A stretch of DNA of 55,498 nt, counting the filler, from Sluysia triapertura (taxonomy: Eukaryota): assembly GCA_046118255.1 (NCBI GenBank). It is 4 parts of 4 records of this genome, joined end to end, with 100 filler letters (N's around TTAATTAATTAA, not from the genome) between each part and the next. Parts side by side here need not be neighbours in the genome. Positions count along the whole stretch, not along the records: positions 23,951 to 40,908 come from JBJNIA010194711.1; 3 more parts are not named here. One strand, 5' to 3'. The notes under the pieces were generated by a model, which worked only from the letters and a program-made list of their open reading frames with translations, ran no database searches and was not told the origin of the DNA. Positions 26,502 through 38,899 of this stretch are shown here, piece after piece. Position 1 is the first letter of the stretch. Each line of letters begins with the position of its first letter. The position numbers and the translations under genes were made by a program.

Positions 26502-28642
26502 TATCTCGTTTGATGTTTTGATTATTTTTTCTAATCATGTTTCGGTTACAATAATATTATTCTATTCCATAATATTGCCTGACGATGCTGGAAGTTTGAG
26601 AAAATTTTCCTCAAAATTATCCATTATGCTTTCTCAACGACTTCTCTTGTATGTCTTGTATGTCTTGTATGGGCCTTTTTAATTACCTTTTAGTCATCCC
26701 TTTCTTGTTTTTTCCTAATATTTTTAATAAAGATTTTACAGTATTGCAGTTGCAGTTTGAAATGATAATGTGCAATATGAGCAATATTTTTGCTTGTAGA
26801 AAATTTTATTCTCACTTTGTTTGGTCGTGCAATATTTATCTGAAGTTTCTCGCGGTGGAAGTGAACTACACCTACCCTTTATACTTGTATTATTTTAATA
26901 TGTTAAAGTGGGAGAGTTAGGAGCGGAAACAGACAATATATTATTTTGATTAAGTTTATTTTTATTAATTTTAATAGAAGGTGTATTATTTGCTCAAATT
27001 TAGATAAATTATTATTAAGTTTATTCGAAAAATTTTTATTTGAAACTATATTTTGAAACAAAATTTTATTTGAAAGAATAGAATTTAATTAAGTTAAACA
27101 TTGCGACAACACGTCAAAATGCAAACCAATTTTATCAGGATCATTGTTCTCCATCGTTCTTGAACTTGAAAAGCCATGCTTGTACGACTAAGAATTGGTA
27201 TTGCCATTTGAATTGGGTTGTAGCTACTTTTATGGATTCTTCTGTTTGTTTTTGCGATATCTTCGAAAATTCTTACGTTTCGGACGGTGACGATTATCTC
27301 GAAATCGACGTTGATAATTAAGCTTATCATTAGGGTTTTCGTAGTGTTTATTTTATCCAAAATTATTCTTACGACCACGATATGACTAATTTGAAGCTGC
27401 AACGTTGAAATTGTTACTATATCACAGAATATAATGTTGCGTCATGTCTTTTATCGAAATTGGCATCATTTACTTGACTAAAATTTCGAAGATTTGGCTC
27501 ATTCTTCTGTTCATATGTGCTAGAATCATCTAAAACTGTTTCATATGAAAGATAAAGATATTAAGTCATCTGGTTTAAATTTTATATTAAAAACTAGAAT
27601 AGTAAAATATAAGAATAGTAATTTTCTTTCATGTTAACTGCATACCTTAATTGGTTAAATGAATCGATAAAATGATATCACGATGTATATTTTCGTTAGA
27701 CATATATCGACTTATTGCATATCAAAATTTAATTTGATGACTGCATTGCTTCAGATGAACTTATTTTAGGTATTGGAATTTACTTATCTGGAAGTATAAA
27801 TATTTTAAATAAATCATTTTATATTACTAATACTGAAAGCAGCACATCTTATTGAATTGTCCAATAATCTTTTAGAATCCATTAAAGCCTGAGGTCCTTG
27901 GCTATGCATATAAAAGTATAAAATATGCACGCTAAACATATTTTATGAAATTTATGAAGTAAAATATAGAGATATGGAAATTGAATAAATCATTTAAGAA
28001 TACGGAACTTTTTAGGGCTTATTTAGTTTATTCCGATGCTGGAGAATCAATTTAAATGATTAGATCTTAACCTCATTGATTGACTTTTCTGAACTTTTCA
28101 AACTGATTAATACATTGTTACAATTTATGAAACTTATTTGTAAATAAATATCACATTCACTAATATTCATTTTATTTTTTAAATTCATGTAGCTACTAAC
28201 ATAAATTGAAATAAATTGCGATTATGGCGCGAAAAATATGATATATAAAATTGTAATTTAAAAAAATCATGAAAACCTTATTTTGTGTATATTTAAAAAT
28301 TGCTTATGTTTCAATAGAGTGGTTTCAAATTATAATTTTTAGTGTATTTTACATAATTAATAGAGAACAATTAAATTAAATCAATTTTCTCATTTAATTA
28401 CTGTTTAAATTATACAGTATAGATCTACATTGGAAAAAGTACTTATAAGTAAAATTATGTATAGTCTTAAAATCTTGTTAAGCCAAATCTTGTTAATGAA
28501 ACTAGTCTAACCATTTGTTGGACTAAATTTGTTTGAACCAAATAATACATAAGAACTGTAAAACTATTCAGTATTAAAATATTTTAATGTTTTAATTCAG
28601 GGCTTTTTTAACTATATCGATTTATAATTCCATATATTATAG

Positions 28643-28799
28643 AAAGAAGATACTGGAAAAGATTTAGTTAAAAAATATGGTATAAGGTTGTTATCTTTGG
28701 ATGGAGGTGGTATTCGTGGGCTTATTCTAGTGCAGACTCTTCGAGCTTTGGAAAGAGAATCAAATAGACCAATTAGAGAATTATTTGATTGGATTGGTG
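28643..28799 (+). CDS. PLA2G6: iPLA2-beta patatin domain exon A (glycine-rich oxyanion loop)
   Basis: [52 protein letters not shown]; AG/GT boundaries; phase 1 end joins exon B to form GTSTG. Confidence 0.93.
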
Positions 28800-30003
28800 G
28801 TTAGTATTTCAGCATTGTATAAAATTGTTGAAATTGGTGCACCTCATGTAGCACCAAAGATACCGAAAAATAGCTAGAATTACTTAATATTGAAAATACA
28901 TCCTTAGTGCTATATCATTATTATATAGATTTTTTCATGGTTAGTAGAATACAATGGCAGAATAAAATTTTTTATTTACGAAAGATTCAAATGAATTGAA
29001 TAATGTGCATGAAAGCAAATATTTTTAATGATAGTAAAAATATTGATTAAAAAATTTAAACAGATGATTAAAGACCTGATAAAAGACTGTCAACGAAACA
29101 TTATCTAAATAATCCACCATATCAAGAGATAATTGAGCTAAAAATTGAATAGGGTATTATTGGTTTTAGTAGATTGTTTGAAATATTTTTGTAAATTCCT
29201 TAACTAGTTCATAAGTCACCTAAGAACCGAAACCATACTCAATTATAGCTTTTGATATTAAGCGAATACAGGCACCCTTCAGTCAAGAAAGTATTAAACA
29301 GTGTCTATTAGAGGCCCTAGCAAATTTTATTTATTCCAAAATGTGAAAAAGAATAAAAAGAAAATATAAACTCTCAAATTTCTTTAAAGAATTGTTTATT
29401 AAATTAGTATGTTGATATAACAAAATGATTCATAAAAATACCTATATATACAAGGATCTTCGACTTGAGCAGTTCTGCAAAAAATTTATTTCTGTTTGTA
29501 AACTATATGAATGGAATGATAAAACTTCGTTCCTACCGTAGTCAGAAAAGTACAAAGTGTGTTTAACGTACGCGGAGGTCACAGTTATATATTATGAACT
29601 TTACAATATTTTTTTATTTCTCTGCAAGGTTGGTACTTAAATGTAGATCATTCATTTAAAAAATTTTATAACCTTTGTAACTCAATTCAAATTACAACTT
29701 GATTGATTGAATTCATATTTATTATTCTGTTTAAATTATTAATCTTTAATTAAATTTTTACTCGTTGTAAATGCAACCAGATGTTAAATATACATGCAAT
29801 AAAATTTTTAAAATCTGCACCAAATTCCAGCTACAGTTTTTACTTAATGCAAAATTACTTTATAAACTTTTTCATTTGTAGTTAGGTTAAATTTACTTAG
29901 GTCAATATCGAATAAATTTATTATTGATTTTAATTTTTTATGTTTGGTTTATTAATTCACTTTAGACATACGAAAATAGTATTTTTATGATCTCTTTTCA
30001 TAA

Positions 30004-30005
<2 letters not shown>

Positions 30006-30055
<50 letters not shown>

Positions 30056-30077
30056 TATTGTTATTATTATTATTATT
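30006..30077. repeat. (ATT)n microsatellite in a PLA2G6 intron
   Basis: Visible ATT run. Confidence 0.9.
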
Positions 30078-30261
30078 ACATACTGTTTTAAAAACTGATC
30101 AAAATACAATTTAACATTTAAAATTGCAATAGCTTTTAATTAGAATAATTTTTTGATAATAAAAATTTGAGAGTAAATAAATATATAAATAACGTAGAAT
30201 AATAAATAATATATCACTATCAAAGTAAATATAACATTTTAGTATTAGTTTGTACTTACAG

Positions 30262-30454
30262 GAACGAGTACAGGTGGCCTTTTGGCTATTAGTATAGTAC
30301 ACAAAATGAGTCTTAAGGACTGCAGAATTATGTATTTAAATTTAAAGGATAATATTTTTGTTGGTAAACGACCGTATTCTTCGGATTGTTTGGAAAGAGC
30401 CATTAAGGATCAAGTTGGTGAGGCAACTACAATGACTTCTGTTACTTCCCCAAA
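30262..30454 (+). CDS. PLA2G6: iPLA2-beta exon B (catalytic Ser, GTSTG)
   Basis: (G)TSTGGLLAISIVHKMSLKDCRIMYLNLKDNIFVGKRPYSSDCLERAIKDQVGEATTMTSVTSP(K); CAG acceptor, GTGAGT donor; phases consistent. Confidence 0.93.
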
Positions 30455-31425
30455 GTGAGTTGTAATTTATTCATTTTGATTCATTACAACAAAGTATTAA
30501 ACATTTTATATTATACGCTAATAACTTTTGAAAGACTTTTTGACATAAAATATCTTAATAATCTAACATGGGAAGGTATTCATTTTATGCTGTACTTTAA
30601 CTTTTCCATTCCATTGTTTTATTTCATTAATTTTATTTTGTGTAATTGGTTGTTTTATCTTGATTTAATTGCTTTTAGAAATTATTTAGATTTACTGAAG
30701 ATACTTACCTCCAGCCGATGTAAAATGGCATTTGTATTTATTTGCGAGATTTCTGTGTATTCTTTAATTGTTTATTTTCAAAATTCATTCATATAGTAAT
30801 ATTTTCCAAAATAGTAATTAAGCGAACTTTTTATTTTATTTTTATAACTACATGGTTCTTTGTACGTGAATAAGGGAGTTTCGATTTTTTTATATTAAGA
30901 CATTATTGATGGATAATGTTGCTTCTAATATAAATTCAACACATTTTCTAAGTTTGATGGTCTTTGCTTGGAGCACTGTGATCAAGAATATACTAAAATA
31001 TTCTTACTATTTATATTAACAAATGAAAAATCATATAAATCTAAACAGATTCATCTTTAAGTATTGCTTCAGTATTTTGTTTAGTAAACTGAAACCAAGA
31101 TATATAATCGTTCATGAAAGTCATTGTTACAACTTTTATATCTTTTGGTTGTAGTAAATACTCATGCATTTTTGTCAGATGTTAAACATAATTTTAAGTA
31201 ATAAAAATTAAATAATACATAATTTAAATTTAAGTTTATTTGCAATACTAAGAAATTTAATTTTAGATAATCATTTGAATTGTTCAAAATTATTTATATT
31301 AAATTTACACATAAGTAATGTAAAATTTAAATTTCTTATTTCTCATTGTCCAAACATAAAAATTCTTGAACATTGTATTTATGAAATATATAAGGCACGT
31401 ATAATTACTCCACATATATTAAAAC

Positions 31426-31985
31426 TTAAATCTCCGGCGTTGCATAAATGAAATGTTACGCAACTATCGCTAAACCGCCGGGGTTACCATCTGTAACATG
31501 TTTGTTAACCACGCATCTGTATTGATGGTCTTACGTGTTTTATCTTGTCAATTGAAATGATACTGATATAGTCACTTTCTTATGCACACTCAGTTTCTTT
31601 GTGTAGATTTATGTGTGAGTTTACATACGCGATATATTTTTCCGTTAAATGAATTTTTCCTAATTATTTTAAATAATAGTTAAAAAATATTTAAAAAGAA
31701 TGTCGATGCACCACGATGAAGAACAGATTGATTTAGAAAATTCTGAAGACGAAGATTTTAGTGACATTTCCAAAGATAGCGATGATTCTGAAATTACATT
31801 CGTCACAAAAAACGTAAAACTAATCAACCTCTCGATACATCTACTGATTCAGAATCGGACATAAATTATATTGAAAATGATTGGTCTCAAACTGATAATG
31901 AACCATGTCTTGAACAGTTTTTGGAAATACCGGAGTTACTTCAAATTTCGAATTAAAAAGATGCAAATAAATGCCGGCGGTTTAA
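31426..31985 (+). mobile_element. Internally deleted piggyBac-like element in a PLA2G6 intron
   Basis: TTAA at both ends; terminal inverted similarity and a perfect 11-bp inverted repeat TAAACCGCCGG (31471-81 / 31974-84); acidic transposase N-terminus ..ENDWSQTDNEPCLEQF(L)GNTGV typical of PGBD-type transposases. Confidence 0.7.
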
Positions 31986-32099
31986 GTATATCTGCGATTA
32001 AAATAATACGCTGTCAAAGTGTTAATAACACTATTCAAGATAAAATGTTTATCATCAAATTATACTGGGCAGGCAATGAAGATACAACAGCTGCGTGCG

Positions 32100-32450
32100 A
32101 AAATTGAGGAACAACAAGAATTAATCAAAGATTCATTCAGCACCATATGGTTGGCTACTCAAAGTATTTCTCTATTTGCCAATTTTTCTTTGGTAAATAA
32201 ATGACCTTCCAGAATAAAGCAGAAAAACAAAATCCATTCAATTTTCATGCATGACTTACCGCATACATTTTAGATTGTATATAGCAATTTTTGTGGAGTT
32301 AGTTTGGACATTTTAAAATTTTCTGGCCTCATTTTCCAGATTTAAATCTTTGCAATTAGGAATACTTGCAAGCCAAGAAATCCGCAAAAAATCAGAAGAG
32401 AATTTGTTCAATGTATAATCAATGTCTATTAGCAATGATATGTAATTTAA
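32100..32450 (+). mobile_element. Tc1/mariner-superfamily (maT/Tc1-like) transposase remnant
   Basis: FMHD..PH and FWP(H)FPDLN..EYLQAK resemble F.QD.AP.H and WPP.SPDLNP.D..W..L..K. Confidence 0.5.
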
Positions 32451-32631
32451 TCCCTCTATTAGAAGCTCTAGTGAGAAATAGAAATTATCAACAACTTTTA
32501 AAAAATGTTTATTATTTGTGATGTTAGTTTTAGTCTAAATTATGTATTACTTTTGATTTAATTTTAATTATTAAAAATTTACTAGATTTGTATTGATTAA
32601 TTATATTGATTTATTGATTAAAATTTTCTAG

Positions 32632-32839
32632 ATTAACGGTAACAGCATTACACTGTGATAGATTTCCACCAAAACTGCATCTTTTTCGAAATTATGAGCC
32701 ACCTTTAAGTAATTATAAGAAAAGTTTGTGGAAATCAAACACGATGTCTACTTCTAAGTCCAATGAAAATTTACTTAAATCTCAAGGTACTCATGATCCG
32801 GCCTCTTTCAACAAGGAAATCAAACATCCTTCTAAACAA
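32632..32839 (+). CDS. PLA2G6: iPLA2-beta exon C
   Basis: LTVTALHCDRFPPKLHLFRNYEPP...HPSKQ (cf. DR.PA.LHLFRNY); TAG acceptor, GT donor, phase 2 to 0. Confidence 0.9.
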
Positions 32840-32899
32840 GTGACACTTATTATTTTCAAATATTACATTATAAAATACATTCTCGAACTATTATTTTAC

Positions 32900-33781
32900 T
32901 ATTGGATTGGAAAGAATGTCTATAGAAATATTAAATACACATTTAAAATGCTTGTAGCTCAAATGTCAAAAACATGTAAACCTAGATTTAAATATTAAAG
33001 GTAAATTTATGTTAATTTATTGTTATTTAAATCGCTGAAGTTTACAATACAAGTTCAAAAATATATCCACATTCTGTAAGCTTTAGTATAGCTGAAAAGT
33101 GGTTTCAAGTATTTAGATTTGGGAAACAGTGACTTATAACATAGACCCAAATCTGGTCGACTTTCGGAACTGGAGACTGAATGTTAACTTCAATCGAAGA
33201 CTGTTATAAATCATTTAAAATTACATGGAAATAAACAAGAAATGATGTTTTTGTTCAAAATGATTTCGCGGTAGATCAAACATTACTAAGTCTCTTGTAA
33301 TTACTTTATTATCGAACTTATTGTTACAGGAGATAAAAAATGGGTAATATGTTAATAAAAATTGCAAAAAATAGTAGGTTTTGGTGGGTCAACTGAACTG
33401 ATTCCTAAAGTGGCTTAAATCCAAATAATGTTCTTAATGTGTTTTGTGGGTTATGATTGAAAATTTGTGAAATGGGCCATAAGACCACATACTTAAAGCC
33501 ATTAGGAATGTATTAGCAGAATTTAGTTTCTGCCACATTCCAGTTATAGTCCAAACATTAATCCGTTATCTATTTCACTCCTTAGAAGCAGAGAATTTGA
33601 AAAAATGAATCATATAAAACTAACATTGGTCAAATATTTCGGCTTTTCATACCAACGGAATAAAAAATGTTGCTATCGATATGGGAGTCGTTTATCACAA
33701 TGTACAATGATTAATTTGACTAAATCTATTTAGAATTTATAATACATGCACTTTACCGTAGACTTTATTTCCAACCTAATA
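32900..33781 (+). mobile_element. Degraded mariner element with both TIRs, in a PLA2G6 intron
   Basis: TIRs TATTGGATTGGAAAGAATGTCTAT (32900-23) and reverse complement of 33758-81 TATTAGGTTGGAAATAAAGTCTAC (19/24); motifs KWFQVFR..RPKSGR, IVTGDKKWV, RPHT, PHSSYSPNINP, YLFHSL, FHTNGI. Confidence 0.88.
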
Positions 33782-34003
33782 AATGATCTTAAATGCATTC
33801 TTAAACGTTATTTCATTTTATATTTTATTTATGAATGAATACCAATGATATACGTTTGATTTTGCATTTAACTACTATTCTAAAATCTATTAAAGTTTGA
33901 TATATGCCAAAAATAAATAATTTTATCTTAAAATTTAATTTAAAATTATGGATCATAATGAATCAAAAATAAAATATTAATATTTTTTAAAATATCAATT
34001 AAG

Positions 34004-34153
34004 TTAATTTACGAAGTTGCTAAAGCTACTGGTGCAGCTCCGACCTTTTTCCGAGCAGCTGGTAGTTTTCTCGATGGAGGGCTCATATCAAATAATCCGA
34101 CAATTGATCTATTAACGGAAATAACCGAATATAATTTGGTTCGAAGGAAAAAT
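34004..34153 (+). CDS. PLA2G6: iPLA2-beta exon D (catalytic Asp, DGG)
   Basis: [50 protein letters not shown]; 150 nt, AG/GT. Confidence 0.93.
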
Positions 34154-35489
34154 GTTAGTTTTATCAACTATGTTGTTTAATTAGATTTATATAGTCAATA
34201 TATAACTTATTCTGACTTTAAGTATTTTTCGCCTTAAGGGAGTTTCTATTAAAAATAATATGCGTATAATTTTATAATGCTAATTATCGAAATATTAAAT
34301 CGAATAAATATTTTTTATATCCCATACATTTTGTTATATTTTAAAATACGAATTATTAAAATAATTATTGCAATAAAACCAATAAATTTGTATTTTAGTA
34401 ATATTCTTAATTCATAGTAAAGAATTAAGAATATTGACCGTCAAATTTATAAATATAAATTTATTCCAATATAACTGAATATTTAAGAATGTGTCAGCAA
34501 GAAGTCAAAGTATTTGTCAATGCGAAATTAAGAACCGTAACGTGAAATCAAAATTAGAATATGCAGAAATATTCGAAGATATTCCAATAAAATTTTATAA
34601 ATTCGAAATTTTAAATGTATCAATAACCACAAGGACCGGACCATAAATTATCGGTTTAATAAGGAAAATCAAGAAATCAGGATACATTTGTGTCTTGTTG
34701 GATAATTGAGAATATAAACTGAGGAAATACTGTAGCAATCAAAAGAAATTTAATCTAGATAGCTGTGGTAATTTCTAATTTTTGTTGGGTGATTATTTTT
34801 TGTGCAAAACTATGTCTTAACATCGATCTGCCAGAATTGTATAATTAATTTTGTTTTCGATTAAATTAAATTTGGTCTTCTAAGAGAAGAAGCGTCGGTG
34901 ATTGTTGGACGTTTTTCAATTATATGTACTTGTAATTTTATTTTATCAAGAGTAGTTGTATTAAAGAAATTTTTGTAATATGTTTAACCAAATTGTAAAT
35001 TTTTGATAACATAAATAATACTAAATGAAAATTATGTACATAGTAAAACTGAGTTCACATTAATTTTTGTATAGCACTATAATGGTAATAGATCTTATTA
35101 ATTAATTAAAATATAAGTAAATTCATAGATTTGTGATAAAGGTTATAGATAACAGATTTTAATAGATTATAAAAGATTATAAATTATAATAGATTTTAAA
35201 ACATATACTATAATATCGTATTCGAAATATTTGTGACAGTATTGAAATCATAAAACTTAAGATTTCATGCAATTTATTTTGAATTTAACATTAGGATAAT
35301 TTGAATAATTTTTAATGTTAAGATTATATTTTTCATTATTATTTGGAAGCAATTGATGGATGTCAATAAAGTAATCACTAAATATTAAAATGTGTCATTC
35401 AATAAAAACCGCTATTTATAAATCATGAGTTCGTCAATGAAAAAATTTGTAGAAAAAAGGAAAAGTTGGTAGATAACTTACAAGTGTAA

Positions 35490-36020
35490 GTAATTGTTTT
35501 ATTCATCAATGTGTGCACATACATTGGCATAAAACCCTGGCAGGCGAGAGTCACTAAATTCCCAGGAGGCTGGTTTTACAGTATTGTCGAAATTAAATTG
35601 TTTTCCTATTAAAAAGTTGTACAAATTGCGAAGTAAGTGGTAGTTTGGTAGTGTATGACTAGGAGGATGATGAAGTTCCAACTCCAATTCCTATAATTTC
35701 TATAGTTCAGCATTATCATGCAATAAGATAGGCGTTGATCCCTTGACCAATCTAAGATTTTTCTTTAAGTTTTTGCATTATTTGGTTCAATTGGTTGCAG
35801 TATATTTATGAACTAGATCTCACGAAATCATAATGGATCACATCAAACATTTACTATCAGCTTCTTTTGATGAACATTGAGCTTGTCCAATTACTGTACT
35901 GAATGTATGTAAATATCAGATTGTGACAAGAAAGCAACATGATTCAGTCCACTTATCCAACTTTTTCCCTTTACCGCTTTGAACTAAATTAGTTTGTTTG
36001 TTAACAATTCATGTGCATTA
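35490..36020 (-). mobile_element. Degraded mariner transposase (cecropia/Hsmar1-like), in a PLA2G6 intron
   Basis: GKGKKLDKW, NVHQKKLIV, YCNQLNQIMQKL..RLVKGSTPILLHDNA, LHHPP..YHLLRNLYNFLIGKQF..GFYAN (ORF 35499..35687). Confidence 0.88.
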
Positions 36021-36198
36021 TCTAACTTTTCACAGATTAAAAATTATTTAAAAAAATTAATGATTACTAGATAAATTATTAGCTTACAATTATCATTTTA
36101 CAAAATTTTGTCGAATTTGCACACAACAAACCTCAATAGTTCATTACATATGCATTGAATGACTTCTTATTTAATTTAAAATAATTTTGTACTATTTC

Positions 36199-36478
36199 TT
36201 TATAAATTCTGATTTTATATTATTTCTATATAATCTCACTTTAAAATGATTCTATTCACATAAAATTGAAATTTGGTGTTTATAAATTTAGATTTCATAT
36301 TCTTAATTTAACATGATTTTATCATTAGTAATATTGAAGTTTAATGTTTATCAATTTAGATTTTATAATATTTATATACAATCTCAAATTAAAGTGATTT
36401 TATTCACGTAATCAATTATAATATTGAAGCTTTTAGTGTTTATAAATTTAGATTTCATATTATTTCTATACAATCTGA
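36199..36478. repeat. Degenerate minisatellite, about four units of 70-90 bp
   Basis: Recurrent TTTATAAATTTAGATTT(C/T)ATA..TGATTTTAT..ATTGAA unit. Confidence 0.7.
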
Positions 36479-38076
36479 AATCTCCGCTGCAAGAGATAAA
36501 GTGCTTGATCCAATAATATAAGTTTAACTCTTCAGATCTTATTCTTTAAGCCCTATTATTCGCTTTATGAAAAACTAAATAAACAAATTACTCTAATACT
36601 TTTATTCAAACCAAAACGAAGAAAATTTTGAACAAATAAGTACACAAATAAATGTATGATAATAATAGGTAACAAATAAAATTTACTAATTTATAACAAA
36701 AATTTACAAATAGAATTTTAATTGATTTATATTTAGCATCGGCCGAGGTTAATCAGAGGAATTAATTACTCTATTCCAGATGAATATATATACTTCCACG
36801 TAGTCTCTTATTAGTATCGAATATCGTAATAAAATTGTGCTTATTGATAACCAAGATCTCGTACTTATACTCGATAATATTTAATTCAGTGATAATTATT
36901 TAAATTCAGTCAGTAAATTTACTGTTTGTAATACTAAAATTATACATATGATTTATCCAAAAATATAATTGTCAAAAAAATTATACATTTATACATGGTA
37001 TTACATAATACATGCTAATATTTAAACTTAGCCAAGACACACTATTTTTATCTTTTAATTACATTTGTTAATACATTATTATCAATCAATTATTTGCAGT
37101 TCATTTATCATTTAATGTTGGCTCACAATCTATTATTATTTTTAATTTCACAAAATAACTATTGAAATTTTATTTAATTATAGAATTTTATTATTCAACA
37201 TATACTAATATCAGAAATTAAATTTTATTCTATTTCATTCATATGGTCAAATTAAATATTATTCACACTTAATGTGGCTCATCATTTTAATTTATAAATT
37301 CAGGTATTTTCATTTTGTATTCATCACCTATTACGCATACTTAACTATACATTTAAATCATCATTCATACTATTCATTAATTTTTTAATGTGCCTAACTA
37401 TTTTAATTTATACGAATTCTTACAGTCATTCATTTACATTTTAAATACAGCTCACCCTTTTTTATTCAAACATTCGATGAGAGTACTAATTTCGGCAAAA
37501 TTTGAGATTAGAGCATTTAGAGTATGATTTATTTTAGACATTCGATAAGTAAGTATTACATTGCATTCGATTAGAGTAATTTTTATTTTTAAATATTCGG
37601 TTAGAGTAAGCAGTATTTTCAAACATTTTGTAACTTGTTTTCAAAGTATTGCATTCCATTTACAATGGCACATCCTTATCAGATTGCTACATCAAAGTCA
37701 AACTAGTTGTATAGAAATTATTTAGATTTCTTAAAATATAACATAATTCGATAGTCTACAGAAAACTAGACCTTTCTAAAATTCAGTATAAAAGATAATA
37801 AAAATATGCATAAATTAAAAATACGTGTCAATTTCAATATTTGCATATATTTTTTGGCTTTGGAATGAATTTAAATGCGTACATAATTGTTTCTATAAAT
37901 TGAAAATAATTAAATTAACTTTCAGAATTTATTTAGTTTAAATGAAAATATAAAATGCTTTTCCAAAAATAATTTGTTTTTTCTTAAGTTGTTGTTACTA
38001 CAACTATTCAAATCATAATCACTAAAACGAGACGATTGTTATTTTATCACATGATTAAAAATTTGTTTTTGTTCAG

Positions 38077-38254
38077 AATGAACAAGAAGAACCACTTAGT
38101 ATAGTTGTATCAATTGGCACTGGGCGTATTCCACTTGTACCAGTTTCAAATGTAGATGTTTTTAGACCAAATAATCCAATTGACGTATATAATATCGTGC
38201 AGGGAATGTCTGTGCTAACAAAAGTTTTAGTTGAAATGGCTACTGCCACTGAAG
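38077..38254 (+). CDS. PLA2G6: iPLA2-beta exon E
   Basis: NEQEEPLSIVVSIGTGRIPLVPVSNVDVFRPNNPIDVYNIVQGMSVLTKVLVEMATATE(G) (cf. LSIVVSLGTGR.P..PV..VDVFRP.NP); CAG/GT. Confidence 0.92.
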
Positions 38255-38899
38255 GTTAATTATTTTAAAAATAATAATGTAATTTCGTTTTCAATATAAA
38301 TATAAATTTTAATTCATTTTTTATAGTTTTTCAGTATTTAATTGTAAATAATCAGTTTGATGGTATGAATTATTCACAATACTCGTTCATAATTACAAGA
38401 AAAAAATAATAATAAAAGATATAATAATAAAAGAAATAACGAAACTTTTAATACAAGCAAAATAGATAAAATAATTGTACTTTCAGTTTTAGTTTTAATT
38501 TTTAATTTAATTATGCAAAAATATGTAGTATTAATACTTATGCTGAATGATTATTCTGAATATTTCAATGATTAAGTTCAGTCATTAAGTACACAGATTA
38601 ATAGGTACTGCGTAAAATAATCATTTTTAATTTTATCTTTTTATAACTTGATTATTCTATTATATTCGATTAGTCTAATGGATTTTAAAGAGATTTGTAG
38701 TGGAATAAAAACCGTTAAGGACTTTAATGTATTTATTATAGTAACAAATAAGTCCACTAAGTAAAATATATTTTTTACAACACGAAACACAAAATAAGTC
38801 TCTTAATAAATTTATTCGTCTTCTAGTTCAAATTCATTCGATTCTTCGGAAATATAAATATTTTTCATTAAATAATGTTCCGCAGACATGCTTTCCTAT

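Larger units (their letters stand above)
25289..27510. repeat. Tandem segmental duplication (about 1.3-1.5 kb unit)
   Basis: 25289-25365 = 26599-26675; 25467-25548 matches 26969-27050; 25572-25625 resembles 27122-27176; the 100-N gap 25366-25465 falls within copy 1. Confidence 0.9.
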
